A stretch of 64,000 nucleotides of DNA from a virus: IMG/VR virus record IMGVR_UViG_3300035682_001186, positions 32,001 through 96,000 of that record. One strand, 5' to 3'. Numbering within the stretch: position 1 is the stretch's first letter; each line of letters opens with the position of its first letter. Shown piece by piece: positions 40,441-51,900 of this stretch. Both the position numbers and the translations under genes were made by a program. A model generated the notes under the pieces. It made no database searches and had not been told where the DNA came from. It saw only the letters and a program-made list of their open reading frames with translations.

Positions 40441-43400
40441 ATGGCAATAGATGCACCAAAAGAAGGCACCCCAGCAAACTTTGAAAGTGATCGTGGCGGA
40501 CAATCAACTTTAATTAAAGAACCAGTTATTGGAATTGTTAAGAACAATGTTGATCCCACTCATAGTGGGGCAGTATACGTATATATTGCAAAACTAAGTT
40601 CATCTAGTTCACCAAATGATGGAGGAAGTTGGATTAAAGTTAACTATCTTAGCCCATTTTGTGGTTTATCAGGAGTAAGTGGAGTAGCAGGATCAGGATC
40701 AACAACCGATGGATATGGTAAATTCGTAGGAAATCCTCAGAGTTATGGATTCTGGGCAAGTGCACCAGATATAGGAACTCAAGTTCTTTGTATATTCATT
40801 AATGGTGAACCAGAACAGGGTTATTATATAGGATGTATACCTCAAATTGGTTTATTAAGTATGACTCCAGCTATAGGTAGTAGTAAAGTAATTGTTCCTA
40901 ATGATGGAGAAGCTAAAACATATGGAGGAGCTGACAGATTACCAACTGGAGAAGTAAACTCTACTAATCCCAATCTTGCTAATAGCGGTACGATAGTAAC
41001 TGATCCTAAACCAGTTCATAGTTATCAAGCTGCAATTTTATTTCAACAAGGTCTAATCAGAGACAATGCACGCGGAGTTATTAGTAGTAGTGCTCAACGA
41101 GAAACTCCGAGTAGAGTATTTGGTATGAGCACTCCGGGCGGTCCGATATTTCAAGGAGGTTATAATAATAGTAATATCAAAGCCGCAGCCACTGGATCAA
41201 CTGACCCTAGTAAACTAACAATGATTGGCAGAACCGGTGGACATAGTTTTGTTATGGACGATGGTGATTTACAGGGACAAGATCAATTAACAAGAATCAG
41301 AACATCTAGCGGTCATATGATAATGATGAATGATAGTTCTCAATCATTGTTTATCATTCATGCTAATGGTCAAAGTTGGATAGAATTGGGTAAAGAAGGT
41401 ACAGTTGATATGTATGCTAGTAACTCAGTTAATATCAGAACTCAAGGTGATCTTAACTTACATGCAGATCGTGATTTGAATTTACATGCTGATAGAAACT
41501 TTACATTGTATGGTAAAAATCTAAACATGGAATCTGATAATGATATGAATATCAGAAGTGGTGCCAATTTTAGTCAATATGCTAGCACAAGTTATACAGT
41601 TAAAAGCGGTAGTGATTTGGCATTGTTTGGTGGTGGTTCTACTAGTTTGGCTGGTAGTGGATCCACATACATAAATGGAAAAAAGATATATTTAAATAGT
41701 GGCAATAGTGGTACAACACCGGCTGAGGTACCAGTAATACCAAAAGTTAATCACCCAGATACAACTTATAGTACAGAAAAAGGATGGATGTATCCAAGTC
41801 CACACGCTTTACTATCTGTTACTAGTAGAGCGCCAACTCATATGCCTTGGATTGCAAGCGGAAAAGGTGTAGATGTTAGTGTTTCTAGTAGTACTAATAG
41901 TAGTCTGCCAACAACTACACCGGCAGTAGCACAAGTAAATAACGAAAGTGCTAGTGTTCCAACTCGTCCTACAAATCCTGCAACTATCAATACAGTAACT
42001 ACACCAACTGGATTTGATAATTCAGTAGAAGGTATTAATGCACAGACATTAAGAGCTCTAGTTGGTCAAAATGCTGAGTCTAATAGCACAAAGGCTGCCG
42101 GCGGGCCACCAGCACGAGCAATTAAAGGAACTGGAACATCAGCAACTGTATCACCAGTTTCATTAATGTTTGGATTAAATTTAACAATAACTGAAGGTGA
42201 TATTACAGTTACACCTTACTCTGCACCTGCAGATACTAAACGTGGTGAAGGAATTCTTGATGGACCAGGAGGATTGACATTAGAACAAGCTTGTGGACCT
42301 GGTATGGCAATAAAACCAGGTTCAAAAGATTTACTTCAAACAAGATTGGCTCAAGGTATGCCAATGGATAAAGCAATACAAGGTTTAGTAACTGGTAATC
42401 TTGGTGCCACTGATCCTATTAAATTGTTAACTGATGGTAAAGTTCAAACTCAAATTATTGCTGGCAGTCTCAATAATGCCGCTAATAGTTTGGTAAATTC
42501 TGGAATATTAACTGGTGCAGAATCTGCAGGTCAGGCAGGAGGATTAGTATTAGCTGCTTCTAATTTTGGTGTTAACGCTGTTACGGGAGTAGTTAATGGA
42601 GTTCTAGGAACAGTTACTGGAATTGCACAAGGAGTCACTAATGTGGTAACTGGAACAATTGGTGCAGTAACCAACATTGCAAGTGGAATTTCATCAGGTG
42701 TCAGTAAAATATCAGACATGATGGCCGGAGGTAAATTTGCAGGTCAACTAAGTGATAGTATCAGTAATGGAGTTACTGGATTAGCCAATAGTATTAAAGG
42801 TGCAATTTCAACTAGTGTTGATAGTTTAGGTAAAAGTTTGGCTGGTTTAGTGACTGGACTAGAAAGTACATTAAGAGGCGCTTTTAAAACGGTAGAAGCT
42901 TCATTTAAGAATCTTACTGCTAATACTCCAAATATATTAGGTGGTAAAGGTAATGCAAGTAGTGTCACTGATTTGACAACTCCAGGAGCAAAATATCAAT
43001 CTTCACAGGCGGCATTGGATATTGCACAATCTAAATTTGATGATGCTAGAACTGCATATAGAAATAATCCAGATGATATAAATTCAATTGCATTAAGCTC
43101 AGCTGAATCGGCATTATCAGATGCTAGAAAGAAAACAGCCGGTGCATCATTAGATATTATAACTGGTGGTGTAGATTCTGTTATATCTGGAGTTAGTAAT
43201 GTGGTCAAATCTGCCACCTCTACAGTTTCTAATTTATTTACTGGTCCTGCAACCACGCTTAATAGCGGAATCAATGCATTGCCTGGAGGTTCTGGGTCAA
43301 TGGTCAATACTGTTACAACTGACAGTGGCACAAACATTGTTAATAATGTTAAGAATAGTATTACTTCTGCTGCCAGTACTGGGGCGGTTGCTGGAGCGGC

Positions 43401-44226
43401 AGTCGCTGCAAATTCATTATCTAGTCCCACTGGTTTAGTTGGAAATTTAGTTAATAATACTACTAATGCCATTACTGGAGTTGTCAACGGTGTTGTCAAC
43501 ACCGCTACTGGACTTGTTACTGGAGTTATAGATACTGCAACAAATTTAGTAACTGGTACAGTGAATGCGGCTGTAGGTTTAGTAAATGGAGTTCTTGCTT
43601 TACCTGGTCAAATTATTAACTCAATAACCGCAACAGCAAATGGAATACTAAGTAGTATTCAAACTGCTCTAGCGAGTATTGGAAACATGGGTGGACAAAT
43701 TAAATCAGCGATTCAGGCGGTTGAAACATTTAGTAAAACTGATTTGACTTCTAAAGTTGGTACAAATATGGGAGATTCAAGAATACCAATTCCATTGACA
43801 TTGACTAAATCTCCAACTCCACAAGTATCAGAATCTGGACTTACTTCAAATGATTCAGCATCAGATCAGCAGGCTAAAGTATTGGCAAAAATTAAAGACC
43901 TTGAAGAACAAATACGTCAGAATATTGCTTTGATTAATAAAGAACAAAGAGAAAATGCTGGACTTTTTACAAAAATATCTAGCAGTGCTAAACAATCTAG
44001 ATTAGAAAGAGATTTAAAAAAGGCAAATGAAGAATATCAAGCGTTAGTATCTAATCAGAATCAAGCGCCACCATCGCAATCTCCGTCAACTTCTACTTCA
44101 GAAGTTACTACTACAACTGAAATTGACAATTATGGAAACAAAATAATTACTACACGAGGTGGTGGAACAAGCCGATTCATACCGGTGGCAGAAGCAATAG
44201 CTCGCAGAGATTCAACAAACAGATAA
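40441..44226 (+). CDS. gp5: Baseplate central spike, gp5/VgrG-like
   Basis: OB-fold GIVKNNVDPTHSG...PDIGTQVLCIF; GHSFVMDD...RTSSGHMI; beta-helix repeats; long C-terminal extension. Confidence 0.7.
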   Translation: MAIDAPKEGTPANFESDRGGQSTLIKEPVIGIVKNNVDPTHSGAVYVYIAKLSSSSSPNDGGSWIKVNYLSPFCGLSGVSGVAGSGSTTDGYGKFVGNPQSYGFWASAPDIGTQVLCIFINGEPEQGYYIGCIPQIGLLSMTPAIGSSKVIVPNDGEAKTYGGADRLPTGEVNSTNPNLANSGTIVTDPKPVHSYQAAILFQQGLIRDNARGVISSSAQRETPSRVFGMSTPGGPIFQGGYNNSNIKAAATGSTDPSKLTMIGRTGGHSFVMDDGDLQGQDQLTRIRTSSGHMIMMNDSSQSLFIIHANGQSWIELGKEGTVDMYASNSVNIRTQGDLNLHADRDLNLHADRNFTLYGKNLNMESDNDMNIRSGANFSQYASTSYTVKSGSDLALFGGGSTSLAGSGSTYINGKKIYLNSGNSGTTPAEVPVIPKVNHPDTTYSTEKGWMYPSPHALLSVTSRAPTHMPWIASGKGVDVSVSSSTNSSLPTTTPAVAQVNNESASVPTRPTNPATINTVTTPTGFDNSVEGINAQTLRALVGQNAESNSTKAAGGPPARAIKGTGTSATVSPVSLMFGLNLTITEGDITVTPYSAPADTKRGEGILDGPGGLTLEQACGPGMAIKPGSKDLLQTRLAQGMPMDKAIQGLVTGNLGATDPIKLLTDGKVQTQIIAGSLNNAANSLVNSGILTGAESAGQAGGLVLAASNFGVNAVTGVVNGVLGTVTGIAQGVTNVVTGTIGAVTNIASGISSGVSKISDMMAGGKFAGQLSDSISNGVTGLANSIKGAISTSVDSLGKSLAGLVTGLESTLRGAFKTVEASFKNLTANTPNILGGKGNASSVTDLTTPGAKYQSSQAALDIAQSKFDDARTAYRNNPDDINSIALSSAESALSDARKKTAGASLDIITGGVDSVISGVSNVVKSATSTVSNLFTGPATTLNSGINALPGGSGSMVNTVTTDSGTNIVNNVKNSITSAASTGAVAGAAVAANSLSSPTGLVGNLVNNTTNAITGVVNGVVNTATGLVTGVIDTATNLVTGTVNAAVGLVNGVLALPGQIINSITATANGILSSIQTALASIGNMGGQIKSAIQAVETFSKTDLTSKVGTNMGDSRIPIPLTLTKSPTPQVSESGLTSNDSASDQQAKVLAKIKDLEEQIRQNIALINKEQRENAGLFTKISSSAKQSRLERDLKKANEEYQALVSNQNQAPPSQSPSTSTSEVTTTTEIDNYGNKIITTRGGGTSRFIPVAEAIARRDSTNR

Positions 44227-44245
44227 AAATTAAAAGGAAAATATA

Positions 44246-44698
44246 ATGCCAACATTTAAAGGATTTTCAACAGTCGGTGTCAATCAATCATTGTCATTAG
44301 TTAGACCTGGTGTATATGGTGGAGTAGGATCCACAACCGTTCAGCCAAGAATAGGTAGAAAATATGCACTGTCAGATCAAAATCTAGTAATTAGAGATTT
44401 ATTAAATGCATTAAGTATTAAACAAGGTGATAAAGTTGGACAACCAACGTATGGAACTATATTATGGTCATATATATTTGAACCAAGTACACAGGAAACT
44501 CAACAAGCAATAGAAGATGAAGTAAGACGAGTTATAAGTTTAGATCCTAGAATCATATTAAACAGTGTTGGTATATATATTCAAGAAAATGGTGTATTAT
44601 TACAGATAGAAATGGCATTTAGTCCATTTAATAATGTTATAAAAACAGATTTTTTCTTGAATAGATATAATGGAAGTATTCAACAACTAAGTCAATAA
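44246..44698 (+). CDS. gp25: Baseplate wedge/sheath initiator, T4 gp25-like
   Basis: RDLLNAL...GDKVGQPTYGT..W..IFEP...DPRI. Confidence 0.85.
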   Translation: MPTFKGFSTVGVNQSLSLVRPGVYGGVGSTTVQPRIGRKYALSDQNLVIRDLLNALSIKQGDKVGQPTYGTILWSYIFEPSTQETQQAIEDEVRRVISLDPRIILNSVGIYIQENGVLLQIEMAFSPFNNVIKTDFFLNRYNGSIQQLSQ

Positions 44699-44750
44699 CT
44701 TCAAAATACAATGATTTTTTAAGAATAAATATAGTATACGGGAAAAAAAC

Positions 44751-47700
44751 ATGGTTACTAGTTCAAGACAAAGTGCATTATTTGGTTTACAAGATTGGAA
44801 AAGAATCTATCAAACTTATAGAGAGGCTAATTTCATGTCTTATGACTATGAAACTTTGCGTAAAAGTTTCATTGATTATCTGACTATATATTATCCAGAA
44901 TCATTTAATGACTATATTGAAAGTAGTGAATTTGTTGCTATTCTAGATGTTATGGCATTTATGGGTCAATCACTGGCATTTCGTGGTGATTTAAATGCTC
45001 GTGAAAACTTTATTGATACTGCAGAACGTAGAGATTCAGTTATTAAATTAGCTAACTTAGTTAGTTATAATCCAAAACGTAATACAGAAGCCAATGGTTT
45101 AGTAAAAGTCACTTCAATCAGTACTACTGAAAGTATTTTTGATATTAACAATGTAAGTTTGGGTAATACTACTGTGTTGTGGAATGATGCCGCAAACAGT
45201 AATTGGCAAGAACAATTTAATACTATTTTAAATGCTACATATGTTAATAGTCAAAGAGTAGGTCTTCCAGGAAATAAACAAGATATTTTAGGAATTCAAA
45301 CTGAAGAATATACTATTAATTTACCATCGGGATATAACCCAGTAGTTCCGTTTTCCACTCAAGTAAACGGTGATTTGGTTAATTTTGAACTAGTAAGTGT
45401 AACTAGCGCCAATAAAGATTATCTATATGAAATATCTCCCGCACCTAATAGTCAATTTAACATGGTGTATCAAAATGATAAGTTAGGATATGGTAGTCCA
45501 AATACAGGATTCTTTTTCTATTTTAAACAAGGTACCTTGCAAAGTTATGATATATACTTTTCAGAAAAAATTCAAAACAATTTTCAAAATATATTTATAG
45601 AAGGAATCAATGAAACTGATACTTGGTTATATCAATTAAATAGTAACGAAACAATAAATCGTCAATGGACTAAAGTTGATAATCTTTTTACCACTAGTTA
45701 TAATAGTCAAGGAAATAGTGTTAGTTCAATATTCAGTGTAGTATCAAGAACCAATGATCAAGTAAGTTATGTATTTGGTGATGGAGTATTTGGAGAAATT
45801 CCAATTGGAAATTATAGAGCTTATGTAAGATCGGGAAATTCATTAACCTATAGTATTGATCCAAGTGAAATGTCGGGAATCGTAGTCAGTATTCCGTATA
45901 TTAGTCGTCAAAATACAAATGAAACTTTAACTATAACATTTAGTTTACAAACAGTTAATAATACCGCACAATCTCGCGAAAGTATACTTAATATCAAAGA
46001 ACGTGCACCCGCTCGTTATTATACTCAAAATCGTATGGTTAATGGAGAAGATTATAGTAATTTCCCATTTACTTTATATAATAGTATTATCAAAAGTTCG
46101 GCTCTTAATCGTAGTAGTATTGGAGTAAGTAGAAATATTGATCTATTAGATCCAACCGGAAAATACAGTAGTACTAACGTATTTGCAGATGATGGTGCAT
46201 TATATACTGATCAATTACCTAAAAATGTAACATTCTCAACACAAAATATTAATTTTGCTATTGAATTTTTATCAATAACTTTACCATCATTTTTAAGCAG
46301 TTCACCAACTATTCAATATTATCAAGAATATTATCCAAGATATACTGGATATTATCCAGGAACAGAATCTGTTGATCATAGATGTTACTGGAATGAAACT
46401 ACGCTTGATGGATCAAATGTAACTGGATATTTTTATGTAAAATTATCATCTGGTGTTAATATACCAATATCACTTGGCGCATTTAGTACATATTCAATGA
46501 GATATATTACTCAAGGTGCACAACTTAAATTTGTAAGTCCACCTGGATTTTATTTTGACGTTAATAATAGATTACAACAAGGTATACCAAATTATTATAA
46601 TGGCGATCATACCAGTATATGGGTTGGTGTCAATGGTGTAATTGGAGATGGTTATAATTTTGGAGATGGTAATTTATCTACAGGAGTTGGACCAGTTACT
46701 CTAAATTCATTTGTACCAACTGGCGCATATTTAGATCCAGATCAATCAACACCAACTGGAATTATTCCTCAATTTGATAATACTTTCAACAGTGTATTAA
46801 CTACACAAATTCTTGATTTGATAAATCTCAAACAAAATTTTGCACTTAACTATGATAATAGTATTTTAATTAATCTAGAACGTTGGTCTATTGTACAACC
46901 AATACCTACAAATCCAACGCCAACTGATTACTTTGTTAAATTTGTCAGTGATAGTATTAACAATTCATATCTGGTTACCATTAACAATGTTAACTATTAT
47001 TTTGCATCTGTAGATCAAGTTAGATTTACATTTGATGGAACACAACGAGTATATGATCAACGTAGTGGACAAGTGTTTTCTGATTTTGTAAATATCTTTA
47101 GAACAAATTCTAATTCTACTAATACTAGTACACTTGGCGAAGATTATATTTTAAATGTAACTGGACAACCAGCACAAAGTGATGGAATGCCAGATGATTA
47201 TCAAATCACTGTCAGTAGTATTAATCTAATCAGTGGATATACATATGATCCAGATTTTTTTAATACTATAGTTGGGACAAGTTCAACTGCTTATGTATTC
47301 TTTAGAATATTCACTGACATTAATGATCTATATAGAACTCAAGTATTACCAGTTGGAACAGTAATATATGCATATCCAACTCAAAATCAAGTTCTAAATG
47401 TTATATATGAGTATCCTGCTGAAACACTATTCTATTGTATTAATGGAAGTGTTACTAATCCAGTACCAACATTTTATCAATCGGCTGTTGTTCCAGGAAC
47501 ACAACCAACAGTTCTTATTTTAAATGATGTTACTTCATCGTACGCAGTTACTAGAGGTCGTGGTGGAATTAACTTTCAATATCGTCATAATAGTGATAAT
47601 ACTACTAGAATTGATCCAGCTACCACAAACATCATTGATTTGTATTTGGTTACACAAGCATATTATACTCAATTTCAAAATTGGATCAATGATAGTACTG

Positions 47701-48185
47701 GAACTGTTCAACTACCACCAAAACCAACTATTCAAGAACTTCAACAAGCTTATGGAGAATTAGATAGTTATAAAATGATCAGTGATAGTGTGATTTTAAA
47801 TAGTGTCAACTTCAAACCATTGTTTGGATCTAAAGCTGCTCCAGCACTGCGAGGAACAATCAAAGTTATTAAGAATCCATCTACAGTAGTTAGTGACAGT
47901 CAAATTCGCAGTAGTGTGTTGGCTGCTCTTAATAGTTATTTTATAATTAATAATTGGGATTTTGGTGATACTTTCTACTTTAGTGAACTGACTGCCTATC
48001 TACATATGCAATTAGGATCATTAATAAGTTCAGTGGTATTAGTACCTGCTGATCCTACTCAATCATTTGGTGATTTATATGAGATTTTAAGTACACCTAG
48101 TGAGATTTTCTGTAATGGTGCCACAGCTAGTGATATTATTGTAATTAGTGCATTGACTCCATCAGCCTTACAAAGAACGATGTAA
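44751..48185 (+). CDS. gp6: Baseplate wedge subunit, T4 gp6-like
   Basis: YDYETLR, FNDYIESSEF, ENFIDTAERRDSV, FGDGVFG, QNRMVNGEDY. Confidence 0.85.
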   Translation: MVTSSRQSALFGLQDWKRIYQTYREANFMSYDYETLRKSFIDYLTIYYPESFNDYIESSEFVAILDVMAFMGQSLAFRGDLNARENFIDTAERRDSVIKLANLVSYNPKRNTEANGLVKVTSISTTESIFDINNVSLGNTTVLWNDAANSNWQEQFNTILNATYVNSQRVGLPGNKQDILGIQTEEYTINLPSGYNPVVPFSTQVNGDLVNFELVSVTSANKDYLYEISPAPNSQFNMVYQNDKLGYGSPNTGFFFYFKQGTLQSYDIYFSEKIQNNFQNIFIEGINETDTWLYQLNSNETINRQWTKVDNLFTTSYNSQGNSVSSIFSVVSRTNDQVSYVFGDGVFGEIPIGNYRAYVRSGNSLTYSIDPSEMSGIVVSIPYISRQNTNETLTITFSLQTVNNTAQSRESILNIKERAPARYYTQNRMVNGEDYSNFPFTLYNSIIKSSALNRSSIGVSRNIDLLDPTGKYSSTNVFADDGALYTDQLPKNVTFSTQNINFAIEFLSITLPSFLSSSPTIQYYQEYYPRYTGYYPGTESVDHRCYWNETTLDGSNVTGYFYVKLSSGVNIPISLGAFSTYSMRYITQGAQLKFVSPPGFYFDVNNRLQQGIPNYYNGDHTSIWVGVNGVIGDGYNFGDGNLSTGVGPVTLNSFVPTGAYLDPDQSTPTGIIPQFDNTFNSVLTTQILDLINLKQNFALNYDNSILINLERWSIVQPIPTNPTPTDYFVKFVSDSINNSYLVTINNVNYYFASVDQVRFTFDGTQRVYDQRSGQVFSDFVNIFRTNSNSTNTSTLGEDYILNVTGQPAQSDGMPDDYQITVSSINLISGYTYDPDFFNTIVGTSSTAYVFFRIFTDINDLYRTQVLPVGTVIYAYPTQNQVLNVIYEYPAETLFYCINGSVTNPVPTFYQSAVVPGTQPTVLILNDVTSSYAVTRGRGGINFQYRHNSDNTTRIDPATTNIIDLYLVTQAYYTQFQNWINDSTGTVQLPPKPTIQELQQAYGELDSYKMISDSVILNSVNFKPLFGSKAAPALRGTIKVIKNPSTVVSDSQIRSSVLAALNSYFIINNWDFGDTFYFSELTAYLHMQLGSLISSVVLVPADPTQSFGDLYEILSTPSEIFCNGATASDIIVISALTPSALQRTM

Positions 48186-48263
48186 TTTTAAATGTTCTGA
48201 CTAATATAGATAAATTAGTCGTTTTTTGTAGTGATAAATAGTAGATACAGTAATGGATAATTA

Positions 48264-48965
48264 ATGACGATATTTCTTTATAAAAAAACTCATTTGGTGA
48301 CAGGATTAAATTATCTTGGAAAAACTATATCTAAAGACCCTCATAAATATCGTGGTTCTGGAAAGTATTGGCTTAATCACATAAAAAAACATGGATATTT
48401 AGTAAATACTGAAATATTAAAAGAATGTCAAACATCAGAAGAACTTAAAGAATGGGGATCATATTACAGTGAACTATGGAACATTGTTAAAAGCAATGAG
48501 TGGGCAAATTTGCGACCTGAATCTGGAGATGGCGGGACGACATCTGAAATTCAGAATCACTCAGATAGAATTGAAAAAAATCGCCAATCTGCTATAGATA
48601 TGTGGGCAAACGAAAATCACAAAAAAATGAGAATAGAACGAATGACTATAGGACTAAATCAGCCAGGCGTTCAAAATAAAAAGTCAAAATCATTGAAAAA
48701 AACACTATCTAGTTTGGAAGGAAAAAAGAAAAATTTAGATAGTTTAAATATCGCCAGATCCAGTGACAAATGGAAAGAAAAAGTTTATGATACAATGTTG
48801 TATACATTTTATCATCGCGATGGTAGAATTGTACAATGTACTAGATCAGAACTCATTAATAGATATCAAGTACATAAAGGAAATCTATCTAGTGTAATAT
48901 CCAGAAAATCAAAATATAAATCAGTTAATGGATGGAGTATTACTCCAATGGAATATAAAAAATGA
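48264..48965 (+). CDS. Free-standing GIY-YIG/Seg-like homing endonuclease, paralog of 21656..22357
   Basis: FLYKKTHLVTGLNYLGKT...YRGSGKYW...WANLRPESGDGG; GATAAATA at 48233-48240. Confidence 0.75.
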   Translation: MTIFLYKKTHLVTGLNYLGKTISKDPHKYRGSGKYWLNHIKKHGYLVNTEILKECQTSEELKEWGSYYSELWNIVKSNEWANLRPESGDGGTTSEIQNHSDRIEKNRQSAIDMWANENHKKMRIERMTIGLNQPGVQNKKSKSLKKTLSSLEGKKKNLDSLNIARSSDKWKEKVYDTMLYTFYHRDGRIVQCTRSELINRYQVHKGNLSSVISRKSKYKSVNGWSITPMEYKK

Positions 48966-48999
48966 ATTATTTTTACAATGATATTAATGGAATAATGTA

Positions 49000-51900
49000 A
49001 TGGCAACAAAAATTCGGTCACTTGATTTTCTTCCTGAAGTTTTTAGAACTGACAGTAATGCTCAGTTTCTTTCTGCCACATTAGATCAGTTGGTTCAACA
49101 ACCTGATCTACGTAGAGTTGAGGGATTTATTGGTCAAAAATATGGTTATTCTATTAACCCAACTGATCGTTATGTAGTTGAACCAACTAAAGTTCGCTAT
49201 GACTATCAATTAGATCCTAGTGTTGTATTCTTAAAAACTGAAACTCAAACTGCCAAAGATTTTATCAATTATCCTGGTCTATTAAACGCATTACAAAATA
49301 ATGGCGCAATTACTAATAATAATGATAGACTGTTTGAAAGCGAATACTATAGTTGGGATAGTTTTGCTGATCTAGATAAGATCGTAAACTATAGTCAATA
49401 CTATTGGTTACCGTATGGCCCTGATGCTGTAACAGTATCAACTAACACAATTTATCTATCAGATAATTATAATATTACATATAGTGATACTGGATATACG
49501 ATTAATAATTCAGTACAAAAAAATCCATCAATAACATTATTACGTGGTGGTACATATACATTTGAAGTAAATCAATCGTCGCAGTTTTGGATTCAGGGTG
49601 TTCCTGGATTATCTGGATATGGTTTAAGTCCTAATACTAGTACTAGAGATGTATTAGGAGTAGAAAATAATGGTGATTCTATTGGTACAGTTACGTTTAC
49701 TGTACCAGCAAAAGATGCTCAATCAGAATATGATTTGCCAGGAAATAATACTGTTGATCTAGTAACTACATTGACATATGCACAAATCAACGGTCAAACC
49801 GCTGCATCAATTGGTAACATTGACGGTGTAACTCAGTTAAATGGTAGAACATTAATGTTCTATAATAATGATGAAGCCGGTAGTTCTCAGACATATTTTT
49901 ATTCAATTTCTGTTAATATTAGCACTAATATTGTCACGTTGACTCAAGGTATTGGAATTCCAAACTCTCAAAAGATTACTGTTACTAGTGGTACTACTTA
50001 TGTTGGTAGAACATTCTATCGTGATGGTACTGGTACAATTAAATTGATACCATATCTTTCTGCAGTCTTAGATACATTGTATTATCAAGATGGATCAAAT
50101 CCACTTAATGTTGGTGTTATTAATTTAATAGAAAATAATACTACTAATAGTATTAACATTGATCAAATTTTAGGTAAGAAAAATTATACAAGTCCAAATG
50201 GTGTTACATTCATTAATGGTCTTAAAGTTATATTTGAAGGAACCACTGTTCCATCAACATATCAAAATAATGAATATTATGTTGAAGGTGTAGGTACGGC
50301 AATCAATTTACTATTAGTCAATGACTATCGTAGTGTTGAAAGTGATGAACCAGGAACATATTATCCATGGGATTATTATAATTGGGACGATAAAGAATGG
50401 GATCAATCAAATAATGTACCATTATATCCAGATTATTTAACAATCAATAGAAATAGTCGCGATTTAAATGCATGGTCTAGAAGTAATCGTTGGTTTAATA
50501 TTCAAGTTATTAATGCCACTATTGAGAAAAATGGACAATTAACGTCAATTATCGGTAATACCAGTACTCGTGCACAACGACCTATTATTGAATTTTATGG
50601 TAATCTTGGTCTTTATAATAGTGGAACAAAATTCTTAGATTTTGTTTCATTATTTGACAATACAACAATTGACGCTTTTACTGAAATAGTTGGCCAACCA
50701 GCCTATACTATTGATGGTCAACCATTACTTTCTGGTCAAACAATTATTTTTAATCATGATGATAATAGTTTAGTTCGTAAAAACGTATATGAAGTTTCTT
50801 TTGTACCAACTGGACCGGGAAATTCAAATGTCATTGCACTTAATATTGTAGAAACTGCACAAGATAAAAACCAAGTTACTATCATATCTGGTACAGTACG
50901 GAAATCAACTAGTTGGAGATTTAATTCTGTAGATTCTACATGGATTCAATGTCAACAAAAATCAACAGTTAATCAAGCTCCATTATATGACATATATGAT
51001 ATAAATGGAATATCACTTAGTGATCAATTATATTATAATGGTTCAACATTTGCAGGAACCAAACTATTTTCATACACTGATGGTACGGGCAAAGTTGATC
51101 CTATATTAGGATTCCCAATTAGCTATTCAAGTACAGTTAGTATTGGTGATATTAATTTTACAGTTAATCTAAATAAAGATTTATTTTATTATCAACAAAG
51201 TGATAGTGTTGTTGAAGAAAAAATTAATATTGGTTATGTATATGACTATCTAACCCCTGATGTACCAACTAAAAAAACTGGATGGGTAACAGCATTTACT
51301 CAAAGTTTTCAGTCACAAGTATTTGAATTTACAGTCAATCAAGAAACTCAATCTAGATTTACATGTGATGTAGTAGTGAAAACTGATACGGTAATTGATC
51401 CACATCATGTGTATGTCAATGATGTATCGTTAGATGAGGATACTGCTTATTCACATGTCATTGATCTAAATAACAATACTACTACTATTATATTAAATAC
51501 TCCGGCAATACGTGGAAATAAAGTTACAGTAACATTATTGAGTGATCAAGTTAGTCGTACTGGTTATTATGAAATTCCTAGTAATTTACAAAACAATCCA
51601 TTTAACACCGACATTACTAATGTTGATGTTGGTGATATCAAGAACCAGTATGACACCATATTTGAAAATACAGTAGGAGTAACAGGACAAGTATTTGGAC
51701 CTAATAATGTTTATAATCTAGGAAACTTAAACAGATTTGGCACGGCAATTATTCAGAATAGTGCCAGTTTAGTATTACCCGGTGTATTTTTACGTAAACC
51801 TGGATTTAATTTATTTGAAGCATTACAATTCAACAGTGATCAATATACAAATTTCAAATCATTGTTGATTAATTTAACTGATCAAAACGATTTCACAGTC

